DNA from: Zootoca vivipara
Taxonomy: Eukaryota
Direction of reading: 5' to 3'
Assembly: GCF_963506605.1 (NCBI RefSeq)
Contig: NC_083285.1
Location: 40,176,001 to 40,240,000 of the forward strand
Length of the DNA stretch: 64,000 nt
The position numbers and the translations under genes were made by a program. Numbering within the stretch: position 1 is the first letter of the stretch; the number at the start of each line of letters is the position of its first letter. Below, piece by piece: positions 1 to 13,800 of this stretch. The notes under the pieces were generated by a model. It was given only the letters and a program-made list of their open reading frames with translations. It did no database searches and was not told the origin of the DNA.

Positions 1-631
1 TGCAACTAAAAGTCTAGTTATGCATCAAAAACAAAACTGGGGCACAACACTCCAGTAAAGTTCTTCTGCACAAACTCCACGGAAGTGAATGGGAGATGTG
101 TAAGCAGTTCTCCCAGATTGTTCCTCAGATGTTTATTCGTTTTTAAAGGGAAAAATGGAATGGTTACAGGGTTGTAGAATTTTAATGTTAATGTTTTCAT
201 AACCCAATACCGCTCAGCCTTGACAGTGTCTGTATTATGTATTGTATTACAAGCTGTGGTCATGTTAAGGACTCTGGGAATATATAAATTTAATAAATAA
301 CAAAAAATAAAATTTAAACCACGGAAGATAAGTGCAGCATATGAATTTGCAAAATATCTAATGAGAGTTCACATGCTTAAGGAGATGAAGAGAACAGTGG
401 GTCGTTTTACTCATTACAATAAAAGAAAACAGGCTCTTTGCTTTTTACACATTTCACCAGTTGGGTGTGTCATTTTAGGGGTGAAACTTAATTTCTGCAA
501 ATTTCTTCAATGAAGAGCCTTCAAAATATGTTTTGGGGTGTGAGGAATTCAAATTGTTTGATTAGAAAGCACATAAAATGCTTTTGGAAAACCAAAGAGT
601 TTTAATTTTACCTTCCGGTCAGGTAATGCTA

Positions 632-685
<54 letters not shown>
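632..685. repeat. (AAT)18 microsatellite
   Basis: Perfect trinucleotide run; source of the spurious poly-N/L/I ORFs. Confidence 0.98.
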
Positions 686-687
<2 letters not shown>

Positions 688-3506
688 AAGTCTCTTGCCA
701 GTCACCAAGCAGTACAATGATATCAGGCCCACACAGATCAACAATCCAAAGAAAATCTGGGAACCCCATGTGCAGAACAGATTCCTCAAGAAACTGAGCC
801 AAACCACAAGCCACAGGCCAAGTCACACATGAGATTGATTATATGATCAAAATACTGAGGGTGGAGAAAACTTTCTGAAACACATATTCAGGTAAGGGGA
901 AACAGGATGCAAAGCATAAGAAATGAACAGACAATGCCATTACCTTCATGTCCTGCTTGTAAGTTTTGCAGAGGCATTTAGGAAGCCACTGCTGTAAACG
1001 GTGCTGGACCAGTTGGAGACAATCAATTTGTTCAAGGCCACACACCCAATACAAGGCAGAAGTGGGATTTGAGCCCTTAAGTACAATTTCTTTGACACTA
1101 CATTTACTGCTGCATCACAACAGCAACTTTACACAAGGCCAACCAGTTAACTTACTATAAAGATCCCAACCCATATCGTCCCCCATATCTTCTTTTAGGG
1201 AGATCCACTCCCTAAAAGAATTTCACCTGTATTTCCATATATTTACCCCCTCTCCTTCCTCCCACCCAGCCCCGAAGAAAATATCCTCTCTCTTTTACCC
1301 ATCTCCATGGCAGAGTCAGGCAGACAAACTATCAGCTTCCTATTCCCTTAAATCTCTCAACTCTCTCTGACAGGGAGAAGAGGTGGCTGGTGGGGAGCTC
1401 CTGGGGTAGGAAAATTACGGAACAATAATTTAGAGAAAGCAGTGGACCAATCAAGCAGCCAACCTCCAAGGAATGCCACCAATGAGGAGCCAGTCTTCTC
1501 ACATCACCCATTGGCCCCAAACCACAGGAAGAGGACATGCACAACTGCCAGCAACCCACAGGGGGCGGGCAGGGAGCAAGTTCTCTGAACAACATTTGCA
1601 TTCCCTCAGGAAATTTCCACTCAAGGTGGCAACATGATATGCTGTGCATTGGTCAAATCCCAGGCTATTATTTTTCCAAATTGTAGACATTTTTTGCCCC
1701 AAAGTGCCCCCAAATGGTGTACAGTATTCATGCACCCAGTTTGGCAGAGGCCATGGTTGTACACATATTGTCAAGTGCCAGTCTGGGAAGCCACCCCCTG
1801 GAATGTCCTACAAGTACCACAAATGCCTCCCCTTGTAAGAGAGAACCTTCACTTCAAGCTGCTTCATGTTTCAACAACACATGAACATTCATGACTGCCA
1901 TTAACCCCACCCCACTCCCCATCATGCATTGCAGCTCCCCTCCCTTTCACACAAACATTTTCCCCACAACCTCCCCTTTTCCCATCGCCTCCCCCATCCA
2001 CAAAACTTCTCGCCACAACTTCCGTTTTTGATTATTTTATTTTGGTGACTTTCATGCTACATAAAAATTAGCTTTTATATAAAAATTATTCACAATTTCC
2101 CCAAAAAATATTTCAAGGGTATTTTTTAAAATATTTGTAAGTTTTCTTTTTGCAGCAAGGGTTACCAGTCATCCCATATCCTCCTGCTGCCATCATCTTT
2201 GTTCTCTTTACATTAAAAATAAATATATGAGATGACACGATTCAACACAGGAGGGATTTATTGACTCTAACCTAAAGACTGGGAAAATCCGGGTTTCCCC
2301 CAGTGGTTGGAGATACCCAGAAGAACATGGCACAGAGTGCCAATGGAATTTCACTGGGGAGGAACATTTATTTCTCTCCTGATTTCTGAGTCGCCCTTCT
2401 CTGTGAATGGGTGTGATTTCATAATGCAGAATAGCTGGAATAATTGGAGGAAGCTCTAAGAATTATGGACAAAGGTATCTGGGCAAATGTGAATTATTTT
2501 AAAACTTCAAACACAATTTCCCATCTCTCATACTAGAATTTCATAGAAATTTCTCAACTCTACCAGATTTAAATCTAAAACCTGAAAAAAGACTATCCAT
2601 ACTATAACCAACAGATCAACTAACTAGGACTTCTAACCAGAAGTGCTGACTGTCAATTCTCATTGACAGACATATTTTGGAACTGTTTATGGCACTTTGG
2701 AGGTTGTCGATTGTGATAAATGAGGAATGCATTGTTTGCTCCAAAGTTTACAATTACCCACATAAATTGGAGTGAATTTGTTTCCAAAGTGGGTCTTATT
2801 CACCCAAACACCACTTGCATGCATCTGGTTACATACATGGGAGATTAAGGAATAATATATTGTTTTCACCTGTCTCTTTATCTTGTTCCGCATGAATTCC
2901 ATACTCCCTTTAAGTGACTACAGATGTTCATGGACCAATTGGTAACTTACCAAGTACATATTTATTGCTTGGTATGCTAGTCAACTGAAACATCCAGCCA
3001 AGTGATGAATTTTATTACTACAGTTTCTAAATATTTCTGAGCAGATTAAGAAGTGTGGTAAATGTCTCATCACTTGACAGTCTTTTTCAGATGACCAACA
3101 TTCCAAGTGTTGGAATGTATATGATGTGCTCAGTAACTTGCATAGGCTTCAGAAAACTGTCTCCCCCCCCCCTCTTCCCCAGGATTGTTAGCTCCAGAAA
3201 ACACTGGAAGAAAGACCAATATGGAGGTGAAGAGAAGGGCAAGACTGAGCTGTAATATACAATGCTTTCAAAGAGAATGTGGCTCAGATATACGCAAGTC
3301 ACTATGTGAATACCTATATGCATAGCTCCTGCTTCCTCCAATCCTTTCAACTATCACTCCATTCCCTATTATGAGATGACACCCACCCACATAAAAAGGT
3401 GATTAAGAAATACTGTAAATAAGTGCACAATATAATATTCAGGACCGTCAGCAATCCATGTTTGATTAACAGTACTCTATATAATCAATCATAGTGATTC
3501 TATGCA

Positions 3507-3507
<1 letters not shown>

Positions 3508-3550
<43 letters not shown>

Positions 3551-3569
3551 AGACACACACACACACACA
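3508..3569. repeat. (CA)n microsatellite, slightly interrupted
   Basis: Seen directly. Confidence 0.97.
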
Positions 3570-5415
3570 GAGTAAGGACGCACTAGCTGAAATAAATGTC
3601 CAGATATTAGATTTTGAATGAGACAACCTGGTGGATTTAGCCATTCATTATGGATGAGGATAGGGAAGTTGTGAAAACCCATAAAAGAGAAAAGATGAAA
3701 AAGAGCATTGGGTCTTTGAACAGCAGTCAGCCTAGAATCATACAGTAATGTGGTTCATGCTGATGTTCCTTGCTGTTCTGGGAAATGTTGCTTGAAATTG
3801 TTATTTCTGTCAATTGAAAATTGTGTTCTCTCTCTAAAATACAGACAAAAGAAGGAAATCTACATTTTTAGTTACATTCATTTTCAGAATCTCTTTTGCT
3901 TCAGATGAATCATTCTAACTTGGTCTCACCATTCATTCCACATACACAAAACATTCATTTTAGTCAGTTTAAATTATCAATTAAGCTCCATTTCAGTCTG
4001 GAGATTTTTCTTTTCTTTTACTAGTGGCCAAAAGTTGGCAAAGTGCTTTTTCCCCACTAGGAAAGTTTTGTTAGAAATTTCCCAGTTAGTTTTTAAAAGG
4101 GAGGGGGCTTTCCAGACAATCAGTTTGTTAAAACACATTCAGTCCAGTTCTACACCAAGTTTGACATGCTTAATCCCACAAAATTCAGTGGCTTTAGGGG
4201 CCTAACTACACATTACATTAATGATGTGATCAGCCATCACATTGTGTGTTGTTAAAAATTAAATATCAAGTCCAGCGGAAACTACTGTTATCAGTATCCT
4301 TCCTCCTCTTGGCACAATCTCCATAAAATCCCCCCCCCCCAATAACACAGAAAGTACCATTGGGGAGGGAGAATCCCCACTGATGCCAATGGGAGCTTGG
4401 TATGTAATGTGAGTAGCTGTGCTGGGCAGGGAGGGGAATGTCATGCAAATTGCATCTTAGAAGAGCTTAGCCCTTCTCATCCTGTGCACTCTGATCTCAT
4501 TGACACTCACATCCCTGCACCTGTATTCTTTTTCAAAAAATAGCATGCAATGTGATTGTAAATCATAGTGTTAATATTATATGTAGTTAGGCTCTTGGAT
4601 GCACAGAACTGGACTGTGTTGTCATTACTCATTTGTGATATGGGATCTAGATATCTAGCAGTGTCTCTACTGCAGCATTTGCACAAGCAGCATAGGCAAT
4701 GACTGCACAGTACCTGCAATACCACCAGTGAGAAATGTGCTCACTCACCACCACAGCTTGCAACATTCTTGCATTTACAATTTTCATCTATTTGTTTTAT
4801 AGAATGCCCTTGTTTACTGTGCACTGTATCAGCTGTCTACTGCGGTGATGGTGGAGCCATTCTGTACTAGTTCTAAACAAACCTTCAATAAGCAAGACAA
4901 ACACATGTTGCCAATGAGGATGTTTTATGTGATTTCCCTTAAAAACGTCTTTGCTGGCTGCACTCTTTTCAGTTGTGCTTTTTGAAAGCTGTGAACAACA
5001 GAACTGATGTCTCCCACAATATGGTGCCTCCCTCATCAGTGATTTTGGAATACAATGCTTCTGGAATCAGGGCTAGCATTGCTATATAACTAGAATAGGA
5101 TCCAGGGTTTTTTGCCCCCTAATCATTGGAAAAGCCCCACCCCCACCCCAAATGAGAGAGCATGAGACAGAACAACAACTTTCTGATGCACAAAAAACCA
5201 GAGAGGTATATTGCAAAGCTCTGCTCTCTAACAATGGCATCTCAGAAGTGTCCTACCATCAAACACAGATTACACAGCCTCCCATCTGAACAACACAGAC
5301 TGGAAACTATCTTATCAAAACGCTGTATTGCAGGCTACGCCTCCTTTACCCCCCACCCGAGCTCCCCTGATTTACCTAAAAGTATGCATACAACATGCAC
5401 ACACATTTCACAGTG

Positions 5416-5418
<3 letters not shown>

Positions 5419-5459
<41 letters not shown>

Positions 5460-5478
5460 CTGCCTGCCTGCCTGCCTG
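5419..5478. repeat. Compound (TG)n-(CCTG)n microsatellite
   Basis: Seen directly. Confidence 0.97.
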
Positions 5479-8400
5479 TTTGAATAAACACAGATTCAGG
5501 CTTCCAAAGCCAATGATTTATACTAGGAACTAAATATTTGACTGTGAAATGTTATGGGCAATAAGGAGACTTTGCTCCTGTCATTCCCATGCCTCTTATA
5601 CCGCCTTTATGCTTCCCTTTTTCCAACGCTCTTCTGTATCTCTGGGCATCTTAATACCAAAGACCTATGATTGAACCTCTCAAGTGTTTCTTGCTCAGGC
5701 TTAAAGCAGCCATGGGAAGGAGAAATCTGATCATGGCTGCAGGAGGGTGGAGGTTCAACCCTTTCCTTTCCTGGTGCTGCCTTCCCAATATGTGTATCCC
5801 CACCGAAAGCTTCTTTTTAGGCATGAAGGGGGGAAATGGGTCCCTGCAGTGCTTCGTGCTGAAGATTGACCTCCACCCATACAGCTCTCCTATCAATCCA
5901 CAAACTGGCTTTGGGAAATGAGAGGATTGCAGTAAATGCACCTTCCCACTTTCCCCCCATGACCCTGCCAGAGCCTTGCAACAAGACAGGATGTCAGGTA
6001 CTGACTATAATATCCCTTTTAGCAATTGCACTCTTCAGCAAAGAAACACATTAACCTAAATCCAAATCAGTTATCTGCTAGCTAGCAAGACTTAGCTTAT
6101 GGCTCAAAGTCTAAATTTCATCCTGTTAAAGAGTAAAGGTGGCCATGATAATAGTGCAAATTGAACCAACAGAGTATGAACAATTAATTAAAGGGTGTTG
6201 ATGGGTTTGCCATAGTCTCGGGAGTCACCCAAAGGGCATTCCAAGCAATGTTTCTGAGATGTATGAGAGGTTACTCAGTGATGTATGCACCACAGCAGTT
6301 GGTAGCAAGGCAGAAAGAAGCTTGGCACCAAGTGAAAGACGCCTGGCACCCAGCTGTCAATAAGGAGGACATGGCAGAAAAGCAAGGCGCTGTGCTGCAG
6401 ACAGTGCAGCCCTTGGCTGCGAAGCAAAAGAGCCTGGCACACTAACAAGGATGATGATGCAGTCAATAGCTGAAACGGAAGCAGCACGGAGGGGAAATGT
6501 TACACATAAGAGCAATAGGCAGTCATCAGTGACGATCGGAGGCATCTGTGACATACTGTCCACATACTGAAAAACACATTGCCCTACATCTGACAGCACC
6601 ATCCACTAAGAACATATGGGAGCTGGTGGGTTGTGGGAATAACAGAATTCTAGTTGCAGAAGGGCAAATTCTCCCACTTCTATGGAATGATATTTGGCTA
6701 GCAAGGAATCCTTCAAATCTGTTCTTAATCTCTTCTGCCTATCATGAATTGCACAGAAAAATAGGCCACACATTAGTCCTTCCTGTCTACAAATCTAGCA
6801 ATATGTACACTGTAAAGCTACTCTCAGTCCACTTTATTCAGGTGGCAAATGTGCACCACGTACGCACAGGACTTTTGAGCTGTAAAATCAACCTTTCAGA
6901 GGAAGCCAAAGTCTTTTGCCACACCCATTGAGCCCCCAACCAAGAGCTTTAAACAGTTTTATACTTGGCAAAATAATAACTCGTTCCACAAGGCTTTACT
7001 TTTGCTCTCTGCCTACAGCAAATCACAAAAACTAACACCTACCTTTAAGATAAAACTATATATACTCTCAGCTTCCCTCTCGCAAACCACAATGCAAGTG
7101 GAGCTTACAACACAGCAGAGAGAAACATCAGCATCCTCTCTGGCTTTAGTCATGGCTCTTCATGATATTCTACACATTATTTATCCAGAACAGAACTCCC
7201 TATGTCCAGTTCTTACACATTTGCTCATATGGTTAGATGGAAGGGTCACAGAGTCAATAAAAGGGCATGGCTTGTTCCACAACCCTGTATATATTCTGTT
7301 GCCCCTGCCTTTGTTGTAGAACAGTTAGGTCACACAAGAGTAGTTATATTGTCCAGAGGGAGGGAGGGACGCAAGATACCCCCTGCCCCTAGGCAGCATC
7401 CTGTGATTGGGGCTTGTAGAAAGGGTGGATTGAACTTGAGCTAGGAAAATTGCAAATCATTGTTTCAGATGCTGCTACTAAAACAAACAGATTGGATTGA
7501 CCTGTAAATTGCTACATAAATGAAAGGCACACAATAAGCATTACATAACGTTATGGTAAAAATCATTACAAATAAAGCTAGTTAACTGCCTGGAGAACTG
7601 GTCAACCAATAGATTTCAATTACCAGTTTTCCATGGGAAAATATTATTAAGAAAAGTTATTTCCAGATCAGTAAGAATAATACAAAGGCACAATGCAAAT
7701 ACAGATGCTTTTAACTAAAAAGGCAAATTGTTGGGCTGAAAGGCTACCCTGAACCCCACTTTACTTTAGAAGATGGTCAGCTGGCATGGACCCATATCTC
7801 CACCCCAATACACAGTTCAGAAAGCCAAACAAAACATTAATATCCTTATTCTGCATGTGACAGAAGGATGAGGGCAGCTCCTTGGTAACCTGCAGCAGCT
7901 GAAGAAAACATCAACTACCATGAGCCCTTTCTTTCTATTTTGTTTTCTCAGGGAAAACATTCTAAGGCCATTGTTTTCCACACCACTATTGGTAGCCTAA
8001 AACACATGAACTTGATGCTAAGAACATTTGTAGATGACCAAAAATAAAAGGAGCAGGTGAGGATTATGACAGGTTTGTAACACAGGAGGGGGGGTGAGGA
8101 GGCACCTATCTACAAACAATGGGCGGAATCCAGAACAAGGAGTGTTCAATGGAGCTTGTGCGAGAGAATATTCTGGTGGGTTGTACTACCGGTAAGCATA
8201 AACCTTACCTCCCAAATGGAAATCAAACTCTCAGACACCAAGCCTTTGGAAATAAAAGGAGGTCTGTTTCCTTCACCAGGGATAAGGAGATATGAGTCAG
8301 GCTGGCTCAATGAAGAGGGGAATGAACATTGGCCACTTTGTGGGAAGAGCTCATTATTCTGGCATGGTTCTGCCTCCACTGGTTTGTTTGTTTTTTTAAA

Positions 8401-8542
8401 TTTAATATTTAGAAGTTTTAGTATCATAACATTTAGCAGTTGCTTTGCTACTAAAAGGTCTTCATCATAAAACAGTTTTTTTGCAGATTCAATAACTACT
8501 CTACTAGAATCAGATACTTACTCTCCTGTGATGCTAATTATT

Positions 8543-8710
8543 GAAGGCAGTAGGTGTCTGAATACCAACCACTGGGAATCAAGGGTGGGGAGAGGGCTAC
8601 TGTGGTCAAGTCCTGCTTTCAGGCTTCCCATAGGCATCTCATTGGCCACTGTGAGATGTTGGACTAGCTGGGCCACTGGCCTGATCCAGCAGGCTCGTCT
8701 TGTGTTTTTG
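8543..8710 (+). mobile_element. Old CR1-type LINE 3' end fragment
   Basis: ggactagctgggccactggcctgatccagcaggct... resembles squamate CR1 3' ends; related decayed copies near 39700-39925 and 59930-60020. Confidence 0.55.
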
Positions 8711-9823
8711 GATAACAAGATCAGGGTGTCAAAAGGGTTAATGTTAGACAACAAGGGCAGTAGCAAGAGGGAACAGGGGAGGGTAAGCGTACTAGATATA
8801 CTTTTGGTTTTATTTTGTACTTTTACAAAAGGGTGTTGAGAAAATTAGAGAGGACATAAAGATGAGCAACCAACCATTTAAAGACTTGTAAACAAGACTT
8901 CTTGTAATAAAAAGGCAATTTTAAGGTAATACAATGTTAGATGGTTGAAATGAAGGCTGACAAAGTGCATTTGATGGGATTTATGAGGACCCTCATGACA
9001 GAAAGCATGAAGTTGATGGCTCTTGAGCATCAAAGACAGAGCAGGTAAGAGCAAGCGATGAAAGCAAAAGGCAGAGCAAATTAAACAATTTCAAATGGAC
9101 TTGGTGTAACAAAGGAAGAACCACTGCCCTTTTAAAACAGGCTTAAGCCACACTGAATGTCTCATTAGACTAATCAATGGGGGGAAGAATTTGTTTGCAT
9201 TTGTTAGCGTTGGGTATTCTGACCACACACCAGGATCTATGAAACATTTGATTAGCAACAGGTCAGTTTATAAAAAGAAGTTACATATCAAATATTACAC
9301 ACCAAGAAACAAGTCCTGGCTTCGTCTCCATGCCTCAATTGTCAAATCATGCCAACTGTTTATCAGAGTCAAAAGAACTTTTCCAAGGAGATCATAGATG
9401 GCACACTGTTCTGCTGCTACCTGACTAGCTGAAGAGCAGGTGATTTCAGAAATGTACCTATTAGCATGTGGGTGTCTGGGTAATAACAGGATTATTTATA
9501 TTTTGATCATATTAAATAATTAAAATCCTGCCCTTCCTTCAAGTAGTGCAGGGTGGCATATCTAGGATAATCCCATTCCATCTCTCCAAGAGTAGGCCAT
9601 CTAGCAAGCTTCATGGCTGAGTAGGGATGTGAAGTACAAATCCAACACTCAACTCAGTCTACCACACTAGTTTTACTACCCACAATGAAAGGGTTCTGCT
9701 TGGAAAAGAGACGCCATCTTTAGATGCCCAAAATCACACATGCACAGCAAGAGGGGAGGAGGGGGTGAGGGGAGAGACAAAGAAGCAGCGTAGACTGGAC
9801 AAAGAAAAGAGGTACAAAACCTC

Positions 9824-9896
9824 AGAAGAGATCTGAACACACTTCAGTAAGAAGAGATCTGAACACACTTCAGTAAGAAGAGATCTGAACACACTT
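9824..9896. repeat. 26-bp tandem repeat, 2.8 perfect copies
   Basis: Unit agaagagatctgaacacacttcagta starting at 9824, 9850 and 9876. Confidence 0.97.
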
Positions 9897-10639
9897 TGAA
9901 CATGGGGTGTGAGGCTCTAACATGGGTTTTACGTAGAAGATCCAGAATAACAACCTGCTGTATAGGAGGGATATTAGAAAATGGCTTTTCCTTGCAGAAG
10001 AAGTGTGTGAAGAAGACCCGTACACAATGTCAGAGAAAGACACACATATCGAAATGGTGGGTGTTACTAACATCCCAGGAATAGGAAGGGAGCGAAACAT
10101 GGGACAGTTTTCAGAGGAGAGAGAGGGGAAAAAATAAAGACAGACAGTATAAGGAAAGGGGTAGCCTGGTGTTTCAAACATATAATCTCAAACATGTAAT
10201 CTCTAGCTATCAATACATGTTCTAATTAAGGAAACTATTAACACCCTTTTCCTCCCCACCCGCCACCAGCCCCCAAACCTCCCCCAACATGAGTCCCTTT
10301 CTTAGCACACACATAGAACATCCAGATAAACTTCCCAAACTGGCAAAAGCAACCACTGAAACAACTTCAAACACCACAGACCAAGGAAAACCACAACTCA
10401 TAAGTCAATTCCCCCTTCCCCATGCCTTTGCTTAATATGGAAATACTGTACATATAAAAAAATTACCCTCTTCCCCCAACCTGAATATAGCTGCTGTAAT
10501 TAGCTCCTGCACATATGTACACTTATATTTACATATAACCGCAATCAAATAAGCGGATGATATATATGGCACAACATGAATACATAACATTAAAAACAAT
10601 GTCAGGAAATGTTGCATTGTTTCTGCTTTGATAAAATGC

Positions 10640-10645
10640 TTTATT
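10640..10645 (-). terminator. Candidate poly(A) signal AATAAA
   Basis: Minus-strand AATAAA followed about 40 nt later by U/GU-rich TTGTTTTTAATGTTATGTATTCATGTTGTG. Confidence 0.4.
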
Positions 10646-10776
10646 GTGACTAAAAAAAAGTCAAAAACCTTTGCTGAAATATATTGATTTTGATGTTTGA
10701 GACGTGTCCATACATACTCAGGCTTTTTGCTGAAGTTATGTGAGACCTACATATATTTTATTCAGCTTTTCAGTAT

Positions 10777-10777
<1 letters not shown>

Positions 10778-10815
<38 letters not shown>
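10778..10815. repeat. (GT)n microsatellite
   Basis: Seen directly. Confidence 0.97.
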
Positions 10816-10817
<2 letters not shown>

Positions 10818-13800
10818 ACACACCAATGTTTATGAAAGAAATGCAGTTAACTCAGTATGGAATAGGTCGGACCTTCCAAGAACTTAACTGTGGTATTCAT
10901 TACAACCACTTGTGATAGGTTAAATAAATTAAATTATGAATAACTGATAACAGAGATTTTATCTTGAGCCCAGTTCAAATGATTGAATTGGCATGATGGA
11001 CTTGCTGACCAAATGGATCCGCCTCGGTCTGACACATGCTCAAATTGTTGCACACCCCATAGCTTCGTGTGGGGCATGACATGTGAGCTGGGTATGTGAT
11101 TAAGCTTTACCACGGGCAGACCTGTGCCTGGATCCACTAACTCCACCACCTCACCATGGAAGAAGGCAATTTAATTTGAAGCTCATGGGGGTGCCCCTTG
11201 TCTATGCCCCTCCTTGGTTTACTGGTCTATCACCAAGCTGGTCTGGTTGTGTGAAGTGATCTTCAATCTTCATAACACTGTTGTTTTTACTGGACTTTGC
11301 TAATAGAGACTATTCTAATTTTATCAAGATGTACTCTACACTAATTCACATTATTGTCAACTATAAAGGGAATTTGGTAACATTCAGAGGCTGGAAAGGT
11401 ATTTAAAATAAAAGTTTTTAAAATGAGGTGGTTTAGTTTGAGGTTTGGATGGGTGCCAGAAATGTCTGGATGGGTGTCAGAAATGGAAACCCATCCATAA
11501 TGGAAATGATGGTATATGTCTGGATCTATAAATGGCGGTTATAACCCTAACCAACTTTTCCAGTGGTGAGGGTGTAGGGAATATTAAGAACAGAATTATG
11601 GCTTGGAAGCCTATTTGGCTACAAACTGGAAATAAGCCCTTGGGGGACAAAGCTAGTGTCCCACTAATTACTTTCTTCATATTCGAGCAGCGTCCATTAG
11701 TAGAGTGGACGTTTTCCACTTGGACAGACCTGGTATGTTCAGTATGTAATTGTAGGGAAGCACTTATGGGAGAGGATGCAAAATGCAAGTTTGAGGGGTT
11801 GAGGTTCTCTTCTATTGTTGCCAGGAACTTCAGGGCCCGATCTTTCAGGTAGCTTCATGCGGTTATATCTGATGGATGTGATGGAATGAAACCAACACAA
11901 GTCCCATTTGGGAGCAGGTGGGCAATACGGAGTACAATCATGAATAGTCTGCCAGCTCTTTGGACAAGAAGGGATACGGCCATGCTTGATCTAAGCAAAC
12001 TCATGAGGCATACATGTTTGTTCAGACAACATCCTGGAACAAATAGTTTCTCTGTGCAACTAGCCTCTGATTATCCTAATGATGACTGTATTTAGGAATG
12101 ATGTAGATTTTAAAGAACTCCCAGCGGCAGGAAGTGGGTTGTAAGAAACTGCCGGAATACCTGTGCCCAAATTGGGATTTTGTTGGATTTTGGCAACTCT
12201 GAGAGATACTAGTTGATTTACATGTGCAAGGGAGTATGGGGTGGGGGTGGAGAGGGGCGGTATACTTTTAAAAACCTGTAGATTAGTGCTGATGCAGGGA
12301 CAACCCATTTTTTTATATGTTTATGTCATGCATAATATCCCACTCACCAAATTTATGGAGCACCACACATTATGGCAGGATATAACATAACATAAGATAA
12401 CATAACATGGTGTATTGCTACATTGGCAGACATACCACCTCCATTAAAGAATGCCAGAATAACTGGTCCGGCAGCATGCCATACTAATGTCTAACAGCTT
12501 GGGAAGTCTGCCATTACCCCACCCCATCTTTTCCTCCTTTATACCATAACATTTATTACATACATATTGCCATGGCTCCAGAAGTATGAGCATTTGGAAA
12601 GTATTTCAATATATCCTCCTAAAAGACATTAATGGCAAGATATGCCAGACTGGGGGAAAAACATACCAGTTACATTATGTATGTTCAGGTACAGAACCAC
12701 TCACCCATGCAAAACAAGCACCCTTAGTTCATGGGGGGGGGGAATCAATGTTATGAAATGACAGAAATATTAGGAACACATCCCATTTCTCTAAGAGGAA
12801 GAAGAAACTGGGTTTCTGAGCTGATAAACATTCACTTTTGTTGGCCTGTCGTACAAAGTTTCATGTATTTTTTTGGCAAGTTAAGCAACCAACATCACAG
12901 CCTCCATTCTAGCATAAACAGCACCTGCTGCTAAAATTTCCTGTTATGTTCACTTGATTATTTTTAGTGAAATAACACTCGGAATTTTAAATTACAAAAT
13001 TGTAATCAGTGTTCCAAGAAGTGTGTGTGTGTGATCCAACCAACCCTTTCCCTCTTGGTCAAATTTCAAGAGAAAGAAAAATGTATGTTTCAAAGAGAAG
13101 GGGGAAGAAAGCCAGAGGCTCATTTCATGTGTCAAGGCAATACACAAGACACCTGCAAATGGATTGTTGTTGAAAGTCTTCCAACATTTCCTGTTATCCT
13201 TAAGCAGACAATTTTCACACTCTGTGCACACAAATTAAAATTTGTAAAGCACTTTAATATTATCAAACCTAAACACTATAAATGTAAACATGTCATTCAA
13301 CGTTTAAATTGAGCTAGGGTCAGAGAAAACGGTCATAAGAAAATGTGAACCATAGTGAACCGTCATCCAAAACAAAGATCTGGAATCATTCTGAGAGTTC
13401 AGTTAGCATCTTTTTGGTTTGTTTTTCAGTTTAATTTTCTCCGAAGTACCATTCTCAACTGTATTTGGTTTCAGCTGAGGTATGGGAATACTGAAATAGC
13501 TGCCAAAGGCAGGCTTAATCAGTAGGATCAAACCCAGCTGCTTAATAAACCTTAAGAAGTACTAGTAAACTGAGGAGATTTCCCAGTCCCAAGGTTTCCA
13601 AGCCAACATTAACTTTGGAGAAGTCCCTGTAGTGTTGGGTGATGATCTAAACTGAACATTCAAAATGATGGTTTGCTTCATCACCAAGGGAAAACAGCAC
13701 AATGCCCAGGACCCAGATTCCAGAGAAGTGTTATGGTATGGAGTTTAGAATCAAGCAAGGGAGATATAGTGTGCTTCCATTAGAACATGAAAGCCCTGCT

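Noticed and set aside
578-832. Poly-Asn, poly-Leu and poly-Ile ORFs
   Set aside because: Translations of the (AAT)n microsatellite; the VCVC ORFs over (TG)n runs have the same origin.
6290-6445. Degenerate repeated (c/t)tggcac motifs and a short Q/K/A-rich ORF
   Set aside because: Too irregular to define a unit; no splice signals or homology to support it.
9824-9896. CRISPR-like direct repeats
   Set aside because: Head-to-tail tandem copies with no spacers, no cas genes and a vertebrate context.
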